Shown: positions 1 to 13,920, counted from the stretch's first letter. The stretch is 64,000 nt of DNA from Antedon mediterranea (GCF_964355755.1 NC_092678.1:24383365-24447364); one strand, 5' to 3'. Translations and numbers: made by a program. Notes: generated by a model from the letters alone, not told the origin.

Positions 1-23
1 ATTATTTCTCGTTGACCACTTAC

Positions 24-307
24 TGTTCAGGTGAATGTATTTGCTGAGGTTGATGAAACACCAACAAGTTATGAGACAGATCCAAGTGCTTTAACCTTTG
101 AACCTTCCAGTCTTGCATTGTGGGTAATGATACAATCTTATTGCGAGATAACTTAAGTGAGTTTAGAGCTATGAGTTCAGTGATGCATTTTGGAATTACT
201 TCAACGCCGTTGTTGGCAAGGTTTAAGTACTGTAGTGTTCGTTTCCAGAATTTGTCAAAGTCAGGAGGCAGAGATTCAATTGCGTTATATTCAGCGTGAA
301 GTCGCTC
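24..307 (-). CDS. LRRK1: LRRK1-like exon, LRRs (not in ORF track)
   Basis: tag|GAG..CA|gtaagt; ERLHAEYNAIESLP...LQYLNLANNGV...LKLSRNKIVSLP...LKHLDLSHNLL. Confidence 0.92.
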
Positions 308-3300
308 CTAAAAAAAACAAAAAATGTACTTGATATATGAATTTATTTCTTGTATCCTATTCAAAAGAGTAGGGATAATGAGGTCATATATAGGGTATAC
401 GAGTAGGGATTGCTGGTGTTGTGTACTGAAAATGCTCACAGCGAAAGAAGATGAGAAAAATAAAATAAAAAATGATAAAGATCGGAAAAGGGAAATAGCT
501 ACTTTGATAATAAAAACAGCTAGAGGCTATTCAGAACTACATTACCACAATGGGAAAAATGATAATGTGAACGCGTGGGCGGACAATGCCAACGTGCTTC
601 AGTATAAAGACGAAATGAATGAAAGAAAACATTAAATATAATCTTACCAATGGACAGTTCCAACTGGACGGCAAAGATGTCAACTTATTGTACGCAATAT
701 TCAACTTGGCAAGTTGTATAGCACCTTCTATTGCTTTAGGGATGGCTGAGAGTTGATTACGAGAAATGTCGAGATCGGATAAAGCGGGGCATTGCCAAAG
801 ACCAGACGTTGATGACTTTGGTAGCGTGGTGAGAAGATTACGTGACAGGTCGAATTCCTGTAGGTGGGGTAAATTAAAGTAGTTCAAGGGTACAGCATGC
901 AACTCATTTCTAGACGCATTAATTTCAACAAGCCTACATAAAAAAAAAAATCATACATTATTATTTTCTGAAAGAGATTACAAATATTTACTCTATTGTG
1001 TAAATTGAAAACTTAGGTGTGTCTCTGTTAAAATTACCTTGAAATTATTATTTTCTGAAAGAGATTACAAATATTTAATCTATTGTTTTATTTGAAAACT
1101 TAGGTACAAGTGTGTCAAAATTACCGTGAGTTACTGGAAACGTCTGGCTGAAGAGGCTCAGGCAGACTCTCTAGCCAGTTGTTAGAAATATCAAGCACTT
1201 CCAAATATGGATGTGACCAGATCAATTCAGGCGGAACACGACGCAGGTCATGATTATCTGATAGGTCGATGGAAAACAGATATTCGCTGTATGTAGGCTC
1301 CTTAATCCAGGTTCCAAGAAAGCCATGAAGACCTCTACCACTCCAGTAGGCTTTCAATTTCTAAAATAATAAATTAAGTTTTTTTTAATTTAATTTGATA
1401 AAATGTTATAAAACAATTTTAATACAGAGAGTTCATTATACTTTCAAGGACATAGTTTGACAAAAAAAAGTGTGAAGTGCCCAAATATGGTAGTGATATG
1501 ACATCATCATATCCATATATGGGCACATCACATGTTTTTGTCACATAAAGTTTGATAGTGTAGTCAAAGCTTTACCATAATAGTATGTGGGTTGTAGGAC
1601 AAGAACCACTAAATCCTATTACAGAATGAGCCTAAAATATCCACTAATTATCTATGCTGTTCAAACATCAACACTCCTTTAAAGCTCTGTCTACAATATC
1701 AAACTTTATGTGACACAAAAATGTGATGTGCCCATATATGGACATGATGATGTCACATCACTACCATATTTGGGTATATCACTACCATATTTGGGCACAC
1801 TTTTTTTGTAAAACTAGTTTGATAAGTATAGATAGAGCTTTAGGCACTGGGCGTATCTTTTAATCATGATTATTGTATTAGTAATCCTTGACCATGCATG
1901 GTGTTAACATACTGTACTTCCCTTCAAATCCAAGGGTACTGGGTTCAACTCAAGGTCTACTCTATAACCAGGATGTTATTCATGGCTAAAAAATAATCTA
2001 TCATTCATTATAATGACGGATTATAAAGTTTCTAAAGCACTATTAAACTAGTTTGACAAAAAAAGTGTAACATGCTCAAATATGATAGTGATATACACAA
2101 ATATGGTAGTGATATGCATATATATGGTAGTGATATGCCCATGTGATATGATGTCATCATGTCTATATATCTATTGTTTTTGTCACAAACACATTTGATA
2201 GTGTATACAGAGCTTAACAGTTTCAACATCATAGTTTCTTTTGGTTAGATTCTTTCATAAATTACTAAAAAAAGAATGTTGTAGTTGTTAATACTACCTG
2301 GGATTCCTGTCCGTAAAGTTGTACCCATCTCTCCATCAGGTTTGTCATTTCGTTTGGGAACATTTCAATGATTTCCAAAGTGACATCTTGAAGTTTATTT
2401 TCGATTATAATTTGTGCCGCTTCCAAGTGTTTTCCTGTAAGTGTATATTGTACACGATTAGTTGATTCAATTGGCATTAATTTTAAGCAGGTTATTTATT
2501 AACTAATTTGAAATAAATTTTATGAAATTTCCATAAATAGTGAATAAAATGAAAGAGTTAGATTAAGTTTAAGATAATTGGTTGACTTAGAAAGGGCATG
2601 GGTAATCCTGTTAATTGCGTAGGCTGAGCTGACGTGATCTTTCCACTTGACGGGTCAAATCAAAGTATGACTTAACTTTTTAAAATTTAATTAATTGCAG
2701 AGCATTTCTAAGTGTAAGATTCTTTTGTACTATAGTTTATTTATGAAAGAGCCTTTTTTTATATAGTAGAAAAAATGGATCTTGTGTGAATGTTCCAATT
2801 CTTGTTAAAAATAATAAAATTCATTCAGAAATGGTTTGTCATTAGATAATAAGATGAACTTCTAAAGTTTAATTGACCAAAAAAGTTTGCTGTCTCGGTA
2901 CTTTATTGTGTTTTTATCCTATAATTTTATGCTAGAATAGAGAAAAAAAACAGCAAAAAAAAAACAAAAAAAAAACTTCACACACTAAATTTGTTTATAA
3001 TTATAGTTGGGTAAGTTTAAGAGACCTGGTGTGAATGGAGCTTAAATCGAAAAAATATAAAAAAACATAGGTATACTCGCATGAACATAAACTTAAAAGT
3101 GAGACATTCAATTCTATGGTTCCAGTGTGAATAGAGCTTAAGTCATAAAAACATGTGGTATTACTCTCATGGACATAATGTTTAAAATGCGAATGGACAT
3201 TAACCCTTTCACTGCGGAGCGTTATTCCCACCTCTGTGCGTAATATATATTTAAGAAAAACATATGATATTTTAATTAATTGCAAAAAAATACTAATTGA

Positions 3301-6300
3301 GATAATTGTGTAATTATTTTTGTGGTGTGTGATGAGCAAAGGGTTAGTCTACAGTTGGGTATAAAAAAAAAAGTAATTTGCATATTGATGACGTCATGTG
3401 ACGTCATTACAGGTATTTTGGGTTTCGTGTTTTTTATCAAATCAATGATAAAAACTATATTTTCTATAAGAAATTCTTATGGAATACGTTTTTCCAACTG
3501 GATATTGATGAAGATACGTATAACAAATAAAAATATTTTAAAAAATTGAATTATTTTTATTGTTTTATAAAAATTATGCACAAATCAAAGTTTTGGGGCT
3601 AAATCGTGAAAATAATGACATTTTCGAAAAATTCCCTATAGTACAAAAACTAACTATTTTTTCAGAATTTTTTTTTTTGCGTGTTGTGATAAACACCATG
3701 TTGCCCTATTGGAGCTGGTAAATTTGTGTTACTTTCAAAATGGCCGCCATTACGCTACTCAACACAACTTTCCAAGATAGAAATACTATATAGTATACTA
3801 TATATAATATAACTATAGAGGGCGCATTATTTTCAAGACGATAATACAACTATAGAGGGCCGTTTTTTTTGCTGGAAAAAATTTTTAATGACTTCCAAAA
3901 ATATTCAAGTTCATCGAAAAAATACAGAGGGTGCTATATATTATAGGAAAATACGATTAAATCATTGTTTTGCCCATACCCGGTATTACCGGGTATATGT
4001 ATTTCAACGACGTCTGTTTATACCCGGTAGTACCGGGTATACGCAGTGAAAGGATAAGTCACAACTAAACCATAATAATATTAAAATGACAGTTAGTTTG
4101 TTTGCCTTTTAGATTTTCAAGTGCAAATAGACCTTAAGTCACAAATATAATGATATTAAAATGACAATAAATATGTGTGTATCTGTGAGGAATTTAATTC
4201 CACATTAACCCCTCTTTTTCTAAATACTGGTTAAATTTTGCTATTTTGTTTTCGTCTCTTTCTGCTCGTTAGTTACGCTTCACAGTTTAGTATAATGAGT
4301 TGGGTGAGGTTTACGCTTCCTTAATGGATGGCGCTTGTCATCAACAATTGAGATACAAGTATTATTGGCAGGAAACTCGACGGTTTTTGATAATTAAGAA
4401 CTTTCTCCTCATCATCTGTCAACTAATAACTGTAGAGGGATGTGTACTTAGATAATGGTAATATTAGTTGAAAATAAAATCATGGACCAGTAACACTTGT
4501 CAATAGCATCGTAGCAGTCTCAAGATGGTTTATTTAGTATTTATATTATATAGTTGTGTATGGTTTTATTCAACTCTATGTGCTGAAAAATACATTCTAA
4601 TATAACATATTCATCTTCAGTTGAGGAAGTACAGATTAGGCGCTCCACTCTCCACAAAATAAGGAGAATATGAATCTATGGCTGTTTTTTTTTATGTAAT
4701 TTTTTTGTAAACCTTTACCCTATAAAAGCAAGGAATATACCCGTTGTCTCCTCATCAACTTAAAGCCCATTCAATGAAAATTGAAAGAAGACTTCAGTAA
4801 AGAAGTCAAAAAACAATATACAGTAAAACAAACTGATTTTTAGATGATTTTAACTGTCAATATGATTGGTCTAAAAAACGGAGGTTAGTGGATGCAATTG
4901 GTTCTGACAGGATATGACAATTACATGCAGTTGAGCGAGACGATTGATTACATCCAGTCTACTAAATGTTGAGCGACGATACAAACCCTTTAAGTTGTTC
5001 CTAATCTCAGACATTTAGTTCAAACTTCATACTTATCTTACGGATTAGCATGAGTCATTATCATATCTTAACATTTGCATTTCTTTATAATAGGAAAGTG
5101 AGATATAATTTCAAAAGTGGCTAGGATTGTTTCCTTCTTAAACTTTTCCTTAATGCACATATTTTTAATATTTGAAAAGAAAACTAAAGATCTTGTTCAC
5201 AATAATTTATCTGCTTTCTGAGATATAACTTCAAAAGTGGCTTTTTTCCTCATTAAACTTTTCCTTAACATACATATTTTTAATTATTAAAAAGAAAACA
5301 AAACTAGAGATCTTGTTCACAATAATTTATCTGCTTCCTTTTACTAAATGCCAACTCTCTTTTTCAAAATTAGCGTTTTAAGAATTCTTTTGTGTTTAAT
5401 TGTAAAAAAACGTATGTTTACGGTAATAAGAAATGAAACATTTATGGATGGAATAAAATAAATATTTATACTGTTTTATCGCCAGTGTGTTGTATGCATG
5501 ATGTCAGGGTTGTTGCTTGTAATGTTTCTTGCTGGGATAAGAACGAACTCAAAAGTTATTAATGTCAATCATAGGCAGGACTTGAAATGAAATAGCAACA
5601 ACTAATTATGATCATCTCCCTCGACATTTAAATAATTAATCAATAATTTAAACCCATAATTTAATAACATGGTTTCAAGGTACAAGTTGATTGGCAGTGA
5701 GAAAAGTCATATAATATATTGAGGAAAATGTTTTGAGGGTAGTGCAATATTTTGAGAGAATGCTCTATTTTCGGAGGCTATGGTTTGGGAGTGTTTGACT
5801 TAGAATGGAAGGATGTAGTTGTTTCAATTAACTGCTATTAATAACTTAACCTGGCATTTTATCCTGGGGGCATTTCTACAAGTTGTAATTTACTATATTA
5901 AAGTGGAATGCATTCGTAGAGGAAATGGCTACCGGTTACCACGCTTCATCTTGAGGTATATGACATAATTAAAGCAGTAAGTGATTCGCCACAATCTTAA
6001 AAGACGATAAAAATACATCAACTGATATTTTACCTTTCAAGGCTGTTTGAAGAGGGTTGATATCGCCGACGATGAATCGTGGGTTTTTTCTAAATTCGTC
6101 CATTTTCTTCAGCTTGTTGGTCCAGAATTTCACCAAACTCACATGACCTCTGCTTGCAGCAGCATACAAAGCTTTCCTTACCAGTACAACGGAATAAAGT
6201 AGTTCTACAAACAACCAAGAAAAGAAACAAACAAAACTGTGTGATTTTCAAAAGTTTAGTTTAGCAGACTAGGTGTAAAAGTGATTTATATTCTTTAGTT

Positions 6301-7310
6301 TAGAAAATTTGTCTTGCAAAAAGGTGCAAGCAATGTGGCACAGGCAGGTCTCAAGTTCATGCCTCTTACATGCTAGCATGCTAAGACCCTTACCAATACT
6401 CTACATCGCTCTCTCTCTCTCCTGCCCCCCCCCCTGTCTCTCTCTAGATGATAAATAACACTGTACCTGGTTTCTGTTGTACCAGTAGTTGCACAATAGA
6501 CTCATGGCCATTCAGAGTTGCAACATACAACGGTGTCCCCTATAAGAATCAATTTCAGAGAAGTCCATTAAATAATGCAACTTATGTTAAACACACGATG
6601 GGTTTAGCATAAACAAGTCCAATTTTGTACTTGTACTCATATCTATCTGGGTTTTCTCTCTCTTTTTGGTACATAAAATAAACATTCACATTTATATAGC
6701 TAAAAATCAGTGGTGCTTCAACTACAGTCTCATAACATGGATGTACTTAGCATGTACACCTGTACAGGTATGTACATGCTAAGTACCATGACTTAGTTTT
6801 CAAGAGTTGAATAAACAAAGCATAGAAATGTGATGCATAATGAGAGACTTTTACCTTTTCCGTTTCTTGTGCAGGGTTTGCACCATATTCCATCAATAGG
6901 GCTGCTATGCTACGGTGTCCTAACTCGCAAGCTACATTTAGAAACGGAGGAGCAGAAGAGCTGACGCTCTGTCGACGTCGGTTCACATGAAGGGGAAACA
7001 GGCTGTGCTTAACGATCTCAGACTTGATGTGTGTAGACAAATAGTATTCAAGCTCTCCGACATCGCCAGTCTCAATCAGGTGAAATATCCGTTCGGTCAC
7101 ATCTATACACAGAAAATTTCAGAAAAAATAAAAGCATCATACAATTTGTTTAAAATGAAGCAAATTTTATAAAGAAAGGGCATAACCAGCTTGGGTTGTG
7201 ATTTTTCAAAAATAATATCGAAACAAAAAGTGAACTTTACCATTAAATTGTGATTTCTCCCTCAAGTTTTGATCAACGTTCAAGCTGAGACGATGGAGTT
7301 GTGCTTGCAT
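24..7310 (-). CDS. LRRK1: LRRK1-like Roco kinase gene, N-terminal part (ankyrin repeats + leucine-rich repeats); 8 coding exons, continues beyond left edge of window
   Basis: Exons 7241-7310, 6855-7102, 6467-6539, 6034-6204, 2298-2434, 1125-1360, 648-933, 24-307 have GT-AG boundaries and join in phase. Ankyrin motifs (FLNVACELGH, TPLYVATLNGH, ALYAAASRGH) precede LxxLxLxxNxL repeats. The segment PSSWNCPLERLHAEYNAIESLPPDFDKFWKRTL resembles the LRRK1 LRR region as recalled. ROC/COR/kinase domains are not in the window, so orthology is inferred. Confidence 0.8.
648..933 (-). CDS. LRRK1: LRRK1-like exon, LRRs
   Basis: tag|G..TTG|gtaaga; four LxxLxLSRNxL-type repeats. Confidence 0.92.
1125..1360 (-). 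CDS. LRRK1: LRRK1-like exon, start of LRR domain
   Basis: tag|AAA..CG|gtaatt; IDLSDNHDLRRVP...LEVLDISNNWLESLP. Confidence 0.9.
1452..2217. mobile_element. Cluster of three copies of MITE family A (1452-1574, 1680-1842, 2033-2217)
   Basis: About 160-bp quasi-palindromic element with TIR AAGCTCTGTCTACACTATCAAAC and core GTGATGTGCCCATATATGGACATGATGATGTCATATCACTACCATATTTGGGC. Confidence 0.85.
2298..2434 (-). CDS. LRRK1: LRRK1-like exon, ankyrin-LRR linker
   Basis: cag|GA..CAG|gtagta; GKHLEAAQIIIEN completes the ankyrin repeat begun in the previous exon. Confidence 0.85.
3200..4057. mobile_element. Non-autonomous piggyBac-like element, about 850 bp
   Basis: TTAA|CCCTTTCACTGCG ... CGCAGTGAAAGG|ATAA terminal inverted repeat; two subterminal palindromes ATACCCGGTAnTACCGGGTAT; no transposase ORF. 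Confidence 0.7.
6034..6204 (-). CDS. LRRK1: LRRK1-like exon, ankyrin repeats
   Basis: tag|AA..AAG|gtaaaa; KALYAAASRGHVSLVKFW...NPLQTALK. Confidence 0.9.
6467..6539 (-). CDS. LRRK1: LRRK1-like exon, ankyrin repeat (not in ORF track)
   Basis: tag|GGG..CAG|gtacag; GTPLYVATLNGHESIVQLLVQQKP; phases 0/1 fit neighbours. Confidence 0.9.
6855..7102 (-). CDS. LRRK1: LRRK1-like exon, first ankyrin repeat
   Basis: tag|AT..AAG|gtaaaa; DVTERIFHLIETGD...LNVACELGHRSIAALLMEYGANP. Confidence 0.9.
7241..7310 (-). CDS. LRRK1: LRRK1-like first coding exon (MQAQLHRLSLNVDQNLREKSQFN)
   Basis: ATG at 7310 with an in-frame TGA 21 nt upstream; donor G|gtaaag in phase 1 matches the next exon; acceptor at 7441-7442. 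Confidence 0.7.
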
Positions 7311-7827
7311 TGCACTCCCGCTTTTACCTGCTCACCAATTATTTAGCACCCCTCGTCCGTACTTAGCTTCTCTCACCTGTTCTTCAGTTCAGAAAAACCT
7401 CTATCATTCATTTTGTCCTGTAAACTTTAATTCCCATTTACTATAACAACTACAATAAAATAAAAAGAAAATAAGTTATAATTATAAGCAATTAAACCAC
7501 AGGCATAGAATTGAAGTGTACAATAGATTGGCTGGTAAAATTGGGTCTTTTTTATCAAAGTTTTATCCTACATTTCAGGTCAATTTGACGTCCATACTTA
7601 TATTCATATTGTCTGACTTGGGTGGAGTACTTTCATTATGGCGAAGTAGTACTTCCTGTGAAGACACTCAACATTCCATTGTTCTAATCTCGTGGTTATT
7701 CTAAAGGGAGATTTCTGTTATGGAAAAAACTAACTAATGGTATATTAATATATTAATATAGTGCACCAGAAGCTGGTGGTGATAACCTTTGATCTGATTT
7801 CCTTTCTACTGTCTATATTTCATATAA

Positions 7828-7890
7828 TGGAACTGTGGCTTGGTGGTTAACACACTTGCCTACCAATATGAAGGTCCTAGGTTCAAGTTA
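7828..7890 (+). mobile_element. tRNA-derived SINE head fragment; further heads on the minus strand at about 6340-6410 and 12820-12890
   Basis: GTGGCTTGGTGGTTAA...GGTTCAAGT A/B boxes without an intact cloverleaf; similar to the 46821 head. Confidence 0.55.
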
Positions 7891-9221
7891 TGGATTGTCT
7901 TAAAAACTCTGCCACTCTTAATTTTTTTTTTTTATCAAATAATTTCAGATGAAATAGTGAAATAGTTGTGTGCAAAAAAAAAAAATTCTCAAAATGAATA
8001 ACAAAATTCTGAACAATCACGTACACGGTTTCCGTTAATTCCGACATGACTAAATGTGATTCCCAACTTCTGGTGACAATGAATTATTTATGGGTTTGGT
8101 AATCAGGAGTATTGCGACAAGCGTTTTTTTTAGGATTTAGTGATGTAGGCAGAATTGGTGAGTAAAAAAGCCAGTGGCCCTGCACGTAGTCTAAGCACTC
8201 GCACTACCTCTGACTCAGTGCTTATACTTTTAAGTTTAATCTTCCAAAACGATTTAAACGGTTCTCACGGTATGTCCTTGGTGTTACAGATAAGTTGGCA
8301 GGAATCCAAGTTATATCTAACAACCGGGACGTTGATGAGACGCAATCGTCAAATAGAATACACACACAGATTATCTCTATAACTACTTTGATAATTTATC
8401 TTTGAAATATTACAAATATTTTAACAAAAGATTAAAATGGTTTACAAGCTGTCATAAAAAAAAACCAATACTATAATAATTCTAATGTCAACCAAACTAT
8501 ATTGATGTTCCTAATACATACATTAAAAATAATGAATTCACATTTTTATATTTATAATAACAACAACCAAATTATAAATAAAAATGCTAAACATACCCTA
8601 TCTATCTCTCAATATTGATGATTTTGTACACAAATTATCTTTAACCTTTTTTCTGTATGATTCATCAATAATAAAAATGTTTATGCAGCATTTGAAATAT
8701 CACAAGAGAATTTGTTGATGTCCATTCAACTGTATCAAAATCTGACAATGGCAGGAATACAAATCCTACTGTTTAAATAAAGTAATATACTAATGTATTA
8801 AAAAGCCTGGTTTATAAGCTTTGCTGTTCAGACATGCAGTTCACACCCACACGACGGGGGAGATAGTAGTGACATCACAAACCACAGGTCATTCATGGCT
8901 GACCGCTCGAGTTCCCACACAAGGGTAGTTGATATTTTATCAATAATTTGAATTTAATTTTCACGGTTTTTGAGTTTATCAATAAGTGTTTTACTGTAGA
9001 AAATATTTATAGTCAATTAATACACTATTATTAGTATTCTGACAAATGTTCGATCAATGTCGCATACCTTGTTTTTTTCTGGGTAATATGTAAGTCTATT
9101 AATATACTATTACAGTGAATTTATTTCCCATACTCTTTTTTTTTTCCTAAGTTTTTTTTCTATTGTTAGTTTCTAAGGAAAATCAAAATATCTTATTTTG
9201 ATTGACAGTTTATTCCAGTTG

Positions 9222-9360
9222 TAAAGCTCTGTCTACACTATCAACTTTTTGTGACAAACAAATGTGATGTGCCCATATATGGACATGATGATGTCATATC
9301 ACTACCGTATTTGGGAATATCACTACCATATATGGGCACATCACACTCTTTTTTGTCAAA
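9222..9360. mobile_element. MITE family A copy (one TIR lost)
   Basis: taaagctctgtctacactatc plus the family core. Confidence 0.8.
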
Positions 9361-9544
9361 TAAAAATTCAAATTAGTAGAAACCAGATTAGAACCAAACT
9401 ATATAATATGTTTTTACATTTTCTATCTTATTTTTTATTTTTTTTATTTATTCGACTTCTCACTAACTCAGTTAGTGAAGGATCTGGACCAACAGGTGGT
9501 AAACACTTCTAAAACGGTCCAGTCCCAATTTGCACAGTGGCTGT

Positions 9545-9797
9545 GTGTGACAGTGGCTGTGTTTGTGTGGACTAGTACACCAGGGTAACCCCCTACTCGT
9601 CTCGAAAGATGTACTAGGTTCTTTAAAGTGCGCATGAGCTATGTGTACACTGGACCTACGGTTTATAGTCCTTATCCGAGAAGACTCGTTCTACCACCAG
9701 AACCATGGAGCGAGTGAGCCTCGAACCCTTGCCGATGTTATGTTATGGCTACTTAATTACGGTTCCACTGTCTTAACCGCTTGGCCACTCACTCGCA
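9545..9797 (-). mobile_element. tRNA-headed SINE with Deu/Nin-like central domain
   Basis: Reverse complement: GTGGCCAAGCGGTTAAG (A box), GGTTCGAGGC (B box), then TCGGATAAGGACTATAAACCGTAGGTCC...GAGTAGGGGTTACCCTGGTG, resembling the DeuSINE core from memory. Confidence 0.7.
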
Positions 9798-10379
9798 AAT
9801 CAATCTAAATATTAAAAATTAATTTAGTTTTTCCCTCTAAATATTGTGTAACATATTGTAACAGGACGAGATGACCATGACATGTTAGATTAGAAATAAA
9901 AAGATTAAATTTAGTACAAAATATAAAATGACTTTTTGATAATCGTTACCCACATGGCGGCGATACTATTGGAGTCGCAGTAGGTGGACATGTCAGATAA
10001 AATTTGATTTTTTAAAATAGATGTATTTCAGATTCGAAGGAAGGAAGCTTAGCGTTGATGGATGTGTACTTAATTATTATATTGTATTACGGACGGAGAA
10101 ATAGAGTGCACTAGTGTGTGATTGAGTTTTAGGACTTAGTTTTAGGACTTAGTTCTTAAGTATCGAGGCTTAGATTATATAAAAACAAAATAAAGCAAAT
10201 TAAATTAAATTATTAAAAAAAGTTTATCTGTCTTTGTAATTAAATAAGCAAACAAAATATATATAACAAAATTTTAAAACTTTACAGAAATAATAAAATT
10301 AGGCTTATCATCACATCATCAAATTTTATAAAATTTAAAAAAAAAAGTAAAAGCATGAAGACAGAGTTTACAGTGTTGT

Positions 10380-11110
10380 AAATTCATTCAGACATTTAAA
10401 TCTATGAAAAAATATATTTTTAGAAAATGCCTGAACATTAATAAATTCAACTGGAAATGAATTTTTACTAATAAGCACTCAACTGTCGTTATCATGGAAT
10501 GGAACACTTCCCATAATTCCACAGGATTGGGAGATTCATTACACAACTTTTCCATCAATTCCTTTGATATGTAATCTTGCAACACTTTCAAGGGGGTTGT
10601 TTTTTTCCCAAAACGAAGAAATAAATTGAAGGATATTAATTTTGAAAGCTACAATATTGAACCGAATGAATTCATTTCCCATTGGAAATGTATAAACATG
10701 ATTTTATTTCTGCTGAGTTTTGGTTTCATTACGAATAAGTTACATTTTTTATTATTAAGCTGATTGAATTTTATAATTTGAAGATAATTTTAAAACTATT
10801 TCTTAGTTTGTTAAAAAACAACCCCCTTGAAGGTGAGAAATTGGTCAGATATTTTTCCCTACCAAATAGGGAAATAATCGAGCAGATGTCATAACATGCT
10901 TTCATATTATGGGTTTTTTTTTCAAGTATGCCACTCCCTATGGTCATATCCTTATCCTTATATCTGCCTAAATCCTTTAATATCCTTACAAAATATTTGT
11001 GGTACACCATGTTATTCTTAAAAAGCAAAATACAATTTGTTTCCATTTTTTGGAATCATATGTGCACAGCAAATCTTATTTCAGCAGTGTTCCTTGCCAC
11101 TAAAACCTCT
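10380..11110 (-). mobile_element. Possible highly decayed LINE ORF2 (endonuclease/linker) fragment
   Basis: Two short minus-strand ORFs with faint resemblance to APE-endonuclease C-terminal and linker motifs; no splice-compatible role in the LRRK1-like gene. Confidence 0.25.
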
Positions 11111-11839
11111 AACAATAGTTTTTACAAGTATCATTGTATATGGGATTGGTAGGAATAGATATTATGAGAGATATTCCTAAAAGTACAGTATATGCAGTCA
11201 TTATGTTTTGTATACTATATTCAACTCCTCTAATACCAGACTCTCTTGTTATTTGTTTGCATAGCTATCCTTATTATTGGGGACATTTCGCCGTCATTGA
11301 CATTATGTTGACATAGCACAACAACGAGAGACATTAATTTTGATGAGAAGGTCATGGAACACTAATTAATTAAAAAAAACTAAAAACCTAAAACCTGAAA
11401 ACTGGAAACTCTCAAAACTAGACTTTTCTTGTGGTTCAAAGGTTTAAAATTGAATTAATTAGTTTCAGTGGAATTAATAACATGAAAAAATGTTTCACTT
11501 TCGCGTCTTAAGTATTTTAATAATTAATAGTAGTTTGTACAGAATTATATAAAATAAAGAAACGAAATATTGTGCATTTAAAGTGTATATTTCACACATA
11601 ATTTGTCTTTTAATCTTATCAGTTAAAATACTATAAATCTGTCGTGGTTTATATCATAAACCACGCCGGAACCTTTCTCAATTGTAATTCAATTATTGAT
11701 CACAGCTCTACTACGAGACATTCCTTAGTATTAAATCCTCTAATGAAACTATCGTCAGTTTTAGTAGGAAGGAAGTGTACTCTACACTGCTAAACTCTGA
11801 CAAACAAATTTAGCATGGCAATCGTTGAATGAACGTCAT

Positions 11840-11985
11840 GACCGTGCTAACGTTGTCCTTTTGATATCTGACTTTAGAAGAGTGACCAATGAAGTTTGAC
11901 CGTCCTTACTTTGTCCTTTTGATATCTGACTGTGGAAGAGTGACCAATGAAGTTTGACTGTGCTTAGTTCTCCTTTTGATATCTA
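11840..11985. repeat. Degenerate tandem repeat, 3 x ~58 bp (other short duplications at 5098-5337, 20327-20411, 61302-61377)
   Basis: tccttttgatatctgact..gaagagtgaccaatgaagtttgac. Confidence 0.8.
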
Positions 11986-13920
11986 AACAGTAACCAATTA
12001 AAAATGTCCTTTTCAAACTGATTTCATTATGCAAACTTTGTGAATTGTTATTTTTTGGAATACTTACTCATTCAATCGGATTGTCTCTTATTACTGGAAA
12101 TATTTTCTATTGGAACTACAGTATCTACTAAATTCTCTTTGGTGATTTTGTAAATTTGCGGTGAGTACAAAACGATACTTATTTGATAAATACCTCTTTT
12201 TATTTTGAAATGTATATAACTAATATGTAATTGGTTTTTTAAAGATTTAGAGTTTCATAGTATTATAATTAATAGTTCCTTAGGTATAATAATTCCACGT
12301 CCCTTGTATGTGAAATTTGTCTTAATTTGAAAGGTGAACAACTATAATGGTATAGTTTATTTTGGATATATTTTTTAGTTTGAACAACCATAACGATACA
12401 TTTTTCCAATTACGGACCTGGGAGAAGGTAAAAAATGACTAACATCATCCAAGAAACTGTCCCACTTTCCTGATGGGTCCCCTTTCTTACTGGGTCCCCC
12501 TTTCCTGATGAGTCTCCCTATAAATATCGCTATTGTGTCATCATCAGTCAGTGTTTGACAAGAACAATGAATTGACTGAAGTTGTATAAAAATGAAAGTA
12601 CTATAATATTGCTACTAGCGACACACATGTTACATCTCCTTACGGGATATAAACAATTAAGTTTAACTTAAGTTTAAGCTTTCTAAGTTCAGAATTCTTG
12701 TTTTAATTTTTAGAGACATTTCTTAACACAATTATAAAATGTTTTAAATAAAATGGTGAAATACTAGATTGTTGATTTCATTGTAATGAAGCATAGCTTA
12801 TCATCTCTTTTGTGTATGATAAACAGGATTTGAACTTGCAACCTCTTGTTTACAGGGTGAGTAACATAGTGATGATACCACTGGACCACATTTATACTTA
12901 GATTTCAAACCCAGACTGGTTTCAAAGAGTAGATTGTTACAAGGGTATGTTGATCTTGTTCCAAGTTTACATGACTGCAAAGTGGAAATAATATATAGGG
13001 CAGTTGAAGAACAAAATCCACTGTCATAAAAAAAATTTTAATACCGTAATGTCACGGTTGATTGCATTTAAAACATCTGCTTGCAATAATTTAAAATGAA
13101 ATCTAATTATAATAAATAATAATTATGATATTATCACCATAATAATTATGTAGTCTTATTCAAGTTTGATGAAATTTTAAATATTTTTTCTTATTTTCAA
13201 GGAAACTTCTAAATGAAGAATGACAGCAATTGACCCGATTTTAAGCTATTATGTAAATTTTTAATTATTAAAAGTGAAATTTGTTTCAAGTCAAGAAATT
13301 ACAAACAGATGAAATGAAACTTGAATTCATGAATGAATTTGAAAGTTGTCTTAATTATTTGAAAACATGACCTGACAAAAGTTATGTTGTAATGTAGGCC
13401 TTAAAAATATAAACTCATCAATAAATGTATTTAAATGAATGACAGATACAATGAAGAAAGAAAGAAATTAGTTAAAGGATGAGGTCATGAGGTGGTTATC
13501 CGAATGATTGTAAAATCAAAACAGTACTGGGTATGATCAACTAGCGTTCTTGTCACCAACTAGTCATCCATTCATAGAAAGTACTGATGTAGCAGACTAT
13601 CGTATGAATGAGTGAATAAAGAAAGAAATTAGTAAATGAATGAAAATGAAGAGTATATAGACCGGCAAGAAATGAAAAACATGTGAATGAATGAACTGTC
13701 AGGTCACTCGTTGCATTCCCCTGTCTGTTAAGTGTTATCTACATCATTCACAAATAACTATCTTCTGATTAAATATTCTTATCGTTTGAGTGACATTCTT
13801 ATCTTAAGCACACATGCTTATCTACAATCTACTAGTAAATTCAATAATAGATGTTGTGTTGAATGTACAGTAGTAAAGAGAAAGATCACCAACTCGTCTA
13901 CAAACACAGCTCTATCAAAC

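Noticed and set aside
1865-1890. Further short hairpins (1865-1890, 11643-11665, 28869-28887, 60458-60530) as P-type footprints
   Set aside because: No recognisable flanking direct repeat, so they were not counted
9264-9512. Recurrent small [14 protein letters not shown] (also 35538-35744)
   Set aside because: Translation of the MITE A core, not a gene family
12060-13255. Alternative promoter or antisense lncRNA (minus donor at 12067, plus donor at 12161, plus acceptor at 13201)
   Set aside because: Isolated splice-like hexamers are common in AT-rich DNA; no further support
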